Virus record (IMG/VR): IMGVR_UViG_3300005805_000355
Span: 1 to 28,156 of that record
DNA: 28,156 bases
Origin: a virus
Lineage: Duplodnaviria; Caudoviricetes
Direction: 5' to 3' (one strand)
This document shows positions 23,121 to 28,156 of this stretch, piece after piece (the first letter of the stretch is position 1; every line of letters begins with the position of its first letter). Both the position numbers and the translations under genes were made by a program. Below the pieces are notes generated by a model. The model was given only the letters and a program-made list of their open reading frames with translations, did not search any database and had not been told where the DNA came from.

Positions 23121-24575
23121 ATGGCTGTCGGCATCGTCAACCCTGCTGTCGCACAACGCGCCTGGCTCAAAATGCAATCTCAGCTCTGTGTGGTCACAGG
23201 GCACGAAAACTCAAACGGGTTTTTCGGGGGGTACGGTTACAGCTACGGCTGGCACCTGGCCCTGCCGGCTGCGAAAATCAAGCAGTATGCTGCTGCACCA
23301 TATACCCTGAGCAGCACCAACGGCACCACTGGTGCTGATGATCAGGCCACCAGCTATGCTGCCAGCTCTGCCACCCCACTGCGGGGTTCGGTCATCCCGC
23401 AGACATCCAACGGCGGTTGGAATGATGCCACCAATCGCATCGATGCCACCACCTACAACACGCTTTGGCTGCAGTACTTCTCAGGCAGGGCGCATGCCAC
23501 CACCGGCACCAGCTACAGCAATCATTTCAGGCCACGGGGTTGGATCGGCACAACGGCGATGTCCGAAGCTGCCAGGTCTGGTGGTCTGGAGTTTGCCACC
23601 GATGGCAGCACTGCCCTGCATTTCAACAGAAATGCAGCGCTCACAGCTGATTTCTGGTATAGCACTGGCACCGAAGGTGGTGGCTCACTCAGACCCCGCT
23701 GCATCCAGGGCGCTGTTCCGAATGTCGCAGTGTCCTGGGCCTCTGGTGATGCTGGTATTTCTGTCGCAGATGGCGAGCTTGACCCCAGCACGATGGCCCG
23801 GGCCACTAGAACGCTCGCAGCTGCCACCAGGGATCAGAAGTTTCGTGTGCAATGGGCTGGCCCAACCGCCACATATCAGCCCAGTGGCGAAGTCTATCTG
23901 GGTTACCAGCTGGTCTTCGAAACAAACGCTCGCACAGGTGCTTTCTACTCGCCTTTTTGGGCCGTTGGTGGTCAGTCAACAGAGGATATGGCATACACCA
24001 CCACCAGAACGGACGGGGAACAGGTCGCAGCTGAGGCCATCCAGCACTGGATTCAGGTTGTCACCCGGCCAGCAGTCGCAGCCGGCCAGGCGCCTTTTAT
24101 GGTCTGGATGATCGGCGACACTAGCAACAGCGCCAGCGAAACGAATACCAGCGTGATCACAGGCAAGACAGGCAACAGCTCTGCAGCGTATGTGGAAAAC
24201 TGCAAGCAGCTGATCGATTTCGTAACCGCTGCCTGGACATCCTACGGGCTGCCGGCGCAGGATCTGGTATTTTGCCTCCGGGGCGATCATCCAGCTCTAA
24301 ACACCACCAACGAACCGATCCAGCAGCGCCTGCGCACTGAGGCCTTCGCCCAGCTCGGCGCTCTGTACCCTGGCAGAGTCTTCGGATTCAAGCAGCACGA
24401 AATCATCAGCTCTGCGCAGCTCAGCGCCGGCAGCTACTACAGCGATGTTGACGGTTACCATCTCAATCAGGCAGGGTACGAAGCTCTTTGCACTCGCCTG
24501 GTACGCTGCTGGGCAAATGTGTCAGCGCCCAGACGCATCACCAATCGGGGCAGGCCCCTGCTGACTGTCAGGTGA
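23121..24575 (+). CDS. SGNH/GDSL-hydrolase-like protein with internal beta-rich insert
   Basis: Block II-like AVGGQST, block III-like WMIGDTSN, block V DGYHLNQAGY; block I is atypical (VVTGHENS); GAAAGGA RBS. Confidence 0.6.
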   Translation: MAVGIVNPAVAQRAWLKMQSQLCVVTGHENSNGFFGGYGYSYGWHLALPAAKIKQYAAAPYTLSSTNGTTGADDQATSYAASSATPLRGSVIPQTSNGGWNDATNRIDATTYNTLWLQYFSGRAHATTGTSYSNHFRPRGWIGTTAMSEAARSGGLEFATDGSTALHFNRNAALTADFWYSTGTEGGGSLRPRCIQGAVPNVAVSWASGDAGISVADGELDPSTMARATRTLAAATRDQKFRVQWAGPTATYQPSGEVYLGYQLVFETNARTGAFYSPFWAVGGQSTEDMAYTTTRTDGEQVAAEAIQHWIQVVTRPAVAAGQAPFMVWMIGDTSNSASETNTSVITGKTGNSSAAYVENCKQLIDFVTAAWTSYGLPAQDLVFCLRGDHPALNTTNEPIQQRLRTEAFAQLGALYPGRVFGFKQHEIISSAQLSAGSYYSDVDGYHLNQAGYEALCTRLVRCWANVSAPRRITNRGRPLLTVR

Positions 24576-24956
24576 TGTCGCTGCCCAGCGCCCCCTGGGG
24601 CAGCCCTCTGTGCTGATCAGCAGTTTGCCTGCAGCTTCCATCGGTTTGCCCTGGATCGTCACAGCGATCAGGCAGCCGCATGTGGCCTTGCTTCCGATCG
24701 TCACACCCTTGCCGCAGTAGGATGCCATTAGATCAGTCCTGCCGGTTTCTACGGTGTCGATGGCGTCGCAGGCCTGGCAGATCAGCAGACGCCCCTGCAC
24801 AGCCTCAGCGCCTGCCTGCTGGCCTGCAGCAAAGGCGCTCAGATATCGCCAGCCACCTTTGACTGCAGCCCAAAGCCAGCGCTGTTCTAGCTGGTGGAAC
24901 ATTGCCAGGCTCAGCGCTCGATGCAAACCAATCTGCAGCAGCTGTGCGGCGTTCAT
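24522..24956 (-). CDS. Cys-rich putative metal-binding protein (144 aa), last gene of the tail operon
   Basis: CQAC...CG...CGCL...K...CPRGRW motif; ATGA-coupled start at 24956. Confidence 0.6.
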   Translation of the reverse strand: MNAAQLLQIGLHRALSLAMFHQLEQRWLWAAVKGGWRYLSAFAAGQQAGAEAVQGRLLICQACDAIDTVETGRTDLMASYCGKGVTIGSKATCGCLIAVTIQGKPMEAAGKLLISTEGCPRGRWAATSPDSQQGPAPIGDASGR

Positions 24957-26245
24957 AGACCAGGCCCCTGTCGGCATCCAGCGCAGCCGGAAGATCGCCC
25001 ACCTATCGAAGGCCCTGGCCTGCCACCAGGCTGCGGAGCTGGTGGTGGTGGTGGTATGTCTGGGCAGTCTGTGATTTCGCAGCCGGTACGATCCAGAATG
25101 TCGATCAGATAACTGCTCGACAACTCCCGGCTTTCTCTGATGATGTTTTCGCCACTGCTGTGCGGGTTCACATAGCCTGCAGGGTAATCGTTCGGGCTGG
25201 TCAAAATCTGCTTTTCATTCAGGTACCGCTGCTGGCCCTGCTGACATCCGAAGAACCCCAGCACCGATGAACCGCCGGATTCGAAGATCGGGTTCCCTGG
25301 TGCTGGGCATGGTGGCCCACCGAAACATAGCCTGTAGTTTCGCACTGCCCTGCAGGCATTCTGTTCGTACACACCAGGGCTGACCTCTATTCTGACACTC
25401 AGAACCGCATCGTAAATGTCCGTGATGGTGTGATCCTCATTCACGAATGGCCCGGGATCCGTCACCTCATATCGGCCATTAATCGGGATGATCTGGCTGG
25501 CCAGTGTCACCTGGCCATCTGCATCCAGGTTGCTAATGGTGTATCCGTCCTGCACCCACTGCCGGCGCACCTGCCGAAACTCATATCGGCCACTGGGCCT
25601 ATAGCTGCTGCAATACTCGCCGGTTCTGGATCGCTGCACCATCACGCCAGTTTCGATGCTATACCAGGTTTCTTCATAAATCGGATCCACCCACTGCCCG
25701 ATTACGAAACGCCCGTATTGATTTTCCACACCGAAGGTCAGAAAGGCGCCCCATCGGCGCTCTGTCCAGCTGAGGGTCTTCCGCACTGATATCGCACTGC
25801 CCAAAATGCAGCACCGCTGCGGATCGATGCCTGGCCTGCAAACCGGGGGGTATGCCTTGATGCAGCACTGCTCCGGACAGTCTCGACATTCCAAATCGAG
25901 CTGGCCCTGAATGCAGTTTTCAGCTGCCAGACAGCCCTGGCCTGGTGCAAAGCTTGTGATGTAGGGTGTGCCCTGTGAATCGAGCGCTGCGATGCGCTCA
26001 CGCTCATCCGTTCGCCGGTAGCACACAGGCTGCCCACGATCATCGAATCCGAACTGGATCACCTGACAGGCAGGCTGTCCAGCAAAGGCCCGATCAGCCA
26101 CCCATAGCATCGGGATGCCATCACAACATTCCACATACAGCCTGGCCAGCTCATCACCGGCGCAGCAGCAGTCTGCCTGCTCTGCGTCCAGCAGTCTGCC
26201 TGCGATCGCTCGCAGCTGTCCGCCATGACTGAGCAGCTGTGCCAT
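24953..26245 (-). CDS. Cys-rich putative tail-tip/receptor-binding protein (430 aa)
   Basis: Clusters CCC, ECC, CRDCPEQCC, RCC; poly-Pro linker; terminal GCAGC; coupled to neighbours. Confidence 0.55.
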   Translation of the reverse strand: MAQLLSHGGQLRAIAGRLLDAEQADCCCAGDELARLYVECCDGIPMLWVADRAFAGQPACQVIQFGFDDRGQPVCYRRTDERERIAALDSQGTPYITSFAPGQGCLAAENCIQGQLDLECRDCPEQCCIKAYPPVCRPGIDPQRCCILGSAISVRKTLSWTERRWGAFLTFGVENQYGRFVIGQWVDPIYEETWYSIETGVMVQRSRTGEYCSSYRPSGRYEFRQVRRQWVQDGYTISNLDADGQVTLASQIIPINGRYEVTDPGPFVNEDHTITDIYDAVLSVRIEVSPGVYEQNACRAVRNYRLCFGGPPCPAPGNPIFESGGSSVLGFFGCQQGQQRYLNEKQILTSPNDYPAGYVNPHSSGENIIRESRELSSSYLIDILDRTGCEITDCPDIPPPPPAPQPGGRPGPSIGGRSSGCAGCRQGPGL

Positions 26246-27111
26246 CAGATTGCCGTGATGGTCGGATCCTGTCGCACATCGTTGGTGATCGTCAACGCTG
26301 CGCCTTTCGGGCGCTCGCTCACCATCGCACCCCTGAACCTGGTGAGGGTGGTGATCGTAGTGTCAACCCGCAGCTGCGACACATCCAGCATGCCAGCATA
26401 TTGCGTGATTGCTGTGATCGCTGTGTTTCCATGTGCCAGCAGCACCAGGGTGCCACCATAGATGTTCACGCTGCTGGCAGCACCTGCCTGCTTGCAGTTG
26501 AGGATCAGGGTGCCACCATACAGGTTGATTGTGGTGTAGGGTCTGGCGCACTGATGGCTGCCGGCTGTGATCGCCAGCAGGGTGCCGGCGCTGCTGGTGT
26601 TTGTGCCGATGCTCGCACTGCCACCAAGCAGGTATCCGTTGGTTAGTGTCGCAGCATTTTCGATGTTGAGCAGGCCATTGGTGATGGTGCCGTAGGTCGC
26701 CGTTGTGCTGCCCTGCAGCACTGTGCGCCCAACCCCATACTGAAACAGGTTGCTGATCACCCCGCTGGCGCCACCCTGCAAATACAGGGTGCCTGCACCA
26801 TAGTTTTCGATCCGGCTGCTGCTGGTCGCAGCGCTGGTGTATTGAGTCGCAGTGTAATCTGCATCGACCTTCAGCGGCGCACTAGCTGTCCCGATGTTGC
26901 CACTGAAGCGCTCAGCGATCTTCAGATATGTGATGCCAGTGGTCAGGGCAGACCAGTCAACGCTGTTGACGATGCTGGTGCCACCTCCAGGCACCACCAG
27001 CTCAGCCTGGTCTTTGAATCCTGCCGTTGGGCTGGCAGCTGTGCCGTTCGCCAGCAGCCAGCTGGTGCTGGCAAATGAATCCACACCCTCAATCAAATAC
27101 TCTGTCGCCAT
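26245..27111 (-). CDS. Putative beta-helix tail fibre/spike protein (288 aa)
   Basis: Repeats GAGTLYL, GVGRTVL, NGLLNI, INLYGGTLIL, VNIYGGTLVL, QYAGMLDV; GAGGAG RBS. Confidence 0.6.
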   Translation of the reverse strand: MATEYLIEGVDSFASTSWLLANGTAASPTAGFKDQAELVVPGGGTSIVNSVDWSALTTGITYLKIAERFSGNIGTASAPLKVDADYTATQYTSAATSSSRIENYGAGTLYLQGGASGVISNLFQYGVGRTVLQGSTTATYGTITNGLLNIENAATLTNGYLLGGSASIGTNTSSAGTLLAITAGSHQCARPYTTINLYGGTLILNCKQAGAASSVNIYGGTLVLLAHGNTAITAITQYAGMLDVSQLRVDTTITTLTRFRGAMVSERPKGAALTITNDVRQDPTITAI

Positions 27112-27163
27112 CGGTCTGCTCCTCTTGTCTGTGCCTCAGTCTACACCACAGCGCTGCCGCTGC

Positions 27164-27541
27164 TCACACAGTTGCTGCGCCTGCTGCTGGTGTCAGCTGG
27201 CTGCTGCGCATGCTAAACACGATGTCTGCCAGCGCATCTGATGCTGATGCAGTTTCAACGGACAGCCTAACCAATGGCCCCACCTGGCCCATAAGTACGG
27301 TCGCCCGTTTCGTGTTGTCGAAATGCTGGTGGGTGTCGAAATCTGTCCAGGGCCCGTGAATGCCGTTGGCCCACTGCACATGAATATCGGTGCCAGACAT
27401 ACTGCCTGTGATCAGCTCCAGGGTGCAGCTGAAAACATCGTAGCTCTGCAGATCGACCACAACAGCAGCGCTGTTCTCATCGTGCAGCCAGCCGGCATAT
27501 TTCAGATTGCAGCGCCGAAATGCTATCGTCCTCATGCTCAC
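27164..27541 (-). CDS. Putative virion beta-sandwich protein (125 aa)
   Basis: GTG start coupled to the upstream stop behind GGGGAG; located in the tail module. Confidence 0.5.
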   Translation of the reverse strand: MSMRTIAFRRCNLKYAGWLHDENSAAVVVDLQSYDVFSCTLELITGSMSGTDIHVQWANGIHGPWTDFDTHQHFDNTKRATVLMGQVGPLVRLSVETASASDALADIVFSMRSSQLTPAAGAATV

Positions 27542-27996
27542 ACCTCCCCTGATCCACCAAAAGCATCAGCGCCACCAGCGCCAGGCCCGGAACTGGTGCC
27601 ACCATCAGGCTCCACATTGCCGATGGTGATGCTGCGCCCCGGCAGATCCGGTGGCAGCACAGGCCCAACCACGGGGCTGATCGGTGCAGCGATCGGACAG
27701 CCGGCCACTACCGGCGGTTCGTAGAAATGCCAAACGATGTCCAGCCCGGATTTCACACCGATGCAGGTGGTGCCGACCAGGCGATCCGAATCGAGCTCTT
27801 GATCCGCAGGCCACAGCCGCACTTCGGGCTTTTGCGCACTGAAGTAATGCACCATCAGGCTGCCTGGCACGGTGGCCTGAATATCGTACTCTGCGGTTGC
27901 TGTGGTGTATGCCAGGCGCCCATCTGATGTGGGTGTCAAACCACGGGCAGCAACGATTTTGCCCAGCAGCAGATCCAGCTGCTCTGCCTGATTCAT
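27538..27996 (-). CDS. Putative tail-tip protein (152 aa) with Pro/Gly-rich C-terminus
   Basis: ATGA coupling with the junction-spanning gene; located in the tail module. Confidence 0.55.
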   Translation of the reverse strand: MNQAEQLDLLLGKIVAARGLTPTSDGRLAYTTATAEYDIQATVPGSLMVHYFSAQKPEVRLWPADQELDSDRLVGTTCIGVKSGLDIVWHFYEPPVVAGCPIAAPISPVVGPVLPPDLPGRSITIGNVEPDGGTSSGPGAGGADAFGGSGEV

Positions 27997-28156
27997 AACG
28001 GCACCATCCCTGGCAGCGAACGCCAGCCAAGATCATCAGTATCGTATGGCAGGATTGCCACAGCTCTGGGTGGCCTTTCTTCGTTCTCGCCCTGGATCAC
28101 ATCCAGCACATGAAATGCAGGGCGCACCACGATGTACCCTGTGGTAAAAAGAGAGT
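27993..28156 (-). CDS. 3' end of the junction-spanning 303-aa tail protein (begins at 847)
   Basis: In frame with the 1-847 segment; TGA at 27993-27995. Confidence 0.8.
   Translation of the reverse strand, partial: SLFTTGYIVVRPAFHVLDVIQGENEERPPRAVAILPYDTDDLGWRSLPGMVPL
28058..28156. repeat. Terminal direct repeat, right copy
   Basis: Identical to positions 1-99. Confidence 0.95.

Noticed and set aside
24522-24575. 54-bp convergent overlap of plus- and minus-strand genes
   Set aside because: Short 3' overlaps are common in compact phage genomes, and nothing indicates a special function.
24953-27111. Diversity-generating retroelement acting on tail genes
   Set aside because: No reverse transcriptase and no template/variable repeat pair; the short repeats at ~26440-26530 encode beta-helix turns.

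Overview
The window is an apparently complete, circularly assembled ~28.06-kb tailed-phage genome. The first 99 nt are repeated exactly at 28058-28156, and one ORF reads through that junction. Almost all genes lie on the minus strand in this order: small early genes, RecE-like exonuclease, RecT-like annealing protein, replication initiator with internal iteron-like repeats, DnaA-domain-IV-like HTH protein, RusA, sigma-region-4-like protein, ParB/DNA-methyltransferase/PLP-enzyme fusion, terminase, portal-MuF fusion, prohead protease, HK97-fold capsid, head-tail genes, tail tube, short tape measure, and tail-tip genes. A three-gene plus-strand island (lipoprotein with TM helix, holin/XhlA-like protein, SGNH-like protein) is transcribed divergently. 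I recognise no integrase, repressor, DNA polymerase, helicase, endolysin, tail-assembly chaperone, tRNA or CRISPR array. The standout is a 795-aa protein in which a complete fold-type-II PLP enzyme is inserted inside an amino-DNA-methyltransferase. This is a candidate one-gene DNA hypermodification system, in a genome that looks strongly GATC-enriched and CGCG/ACGT-depleted. All product calls come from motif recognition and synteny by eye, and no database searches were run.
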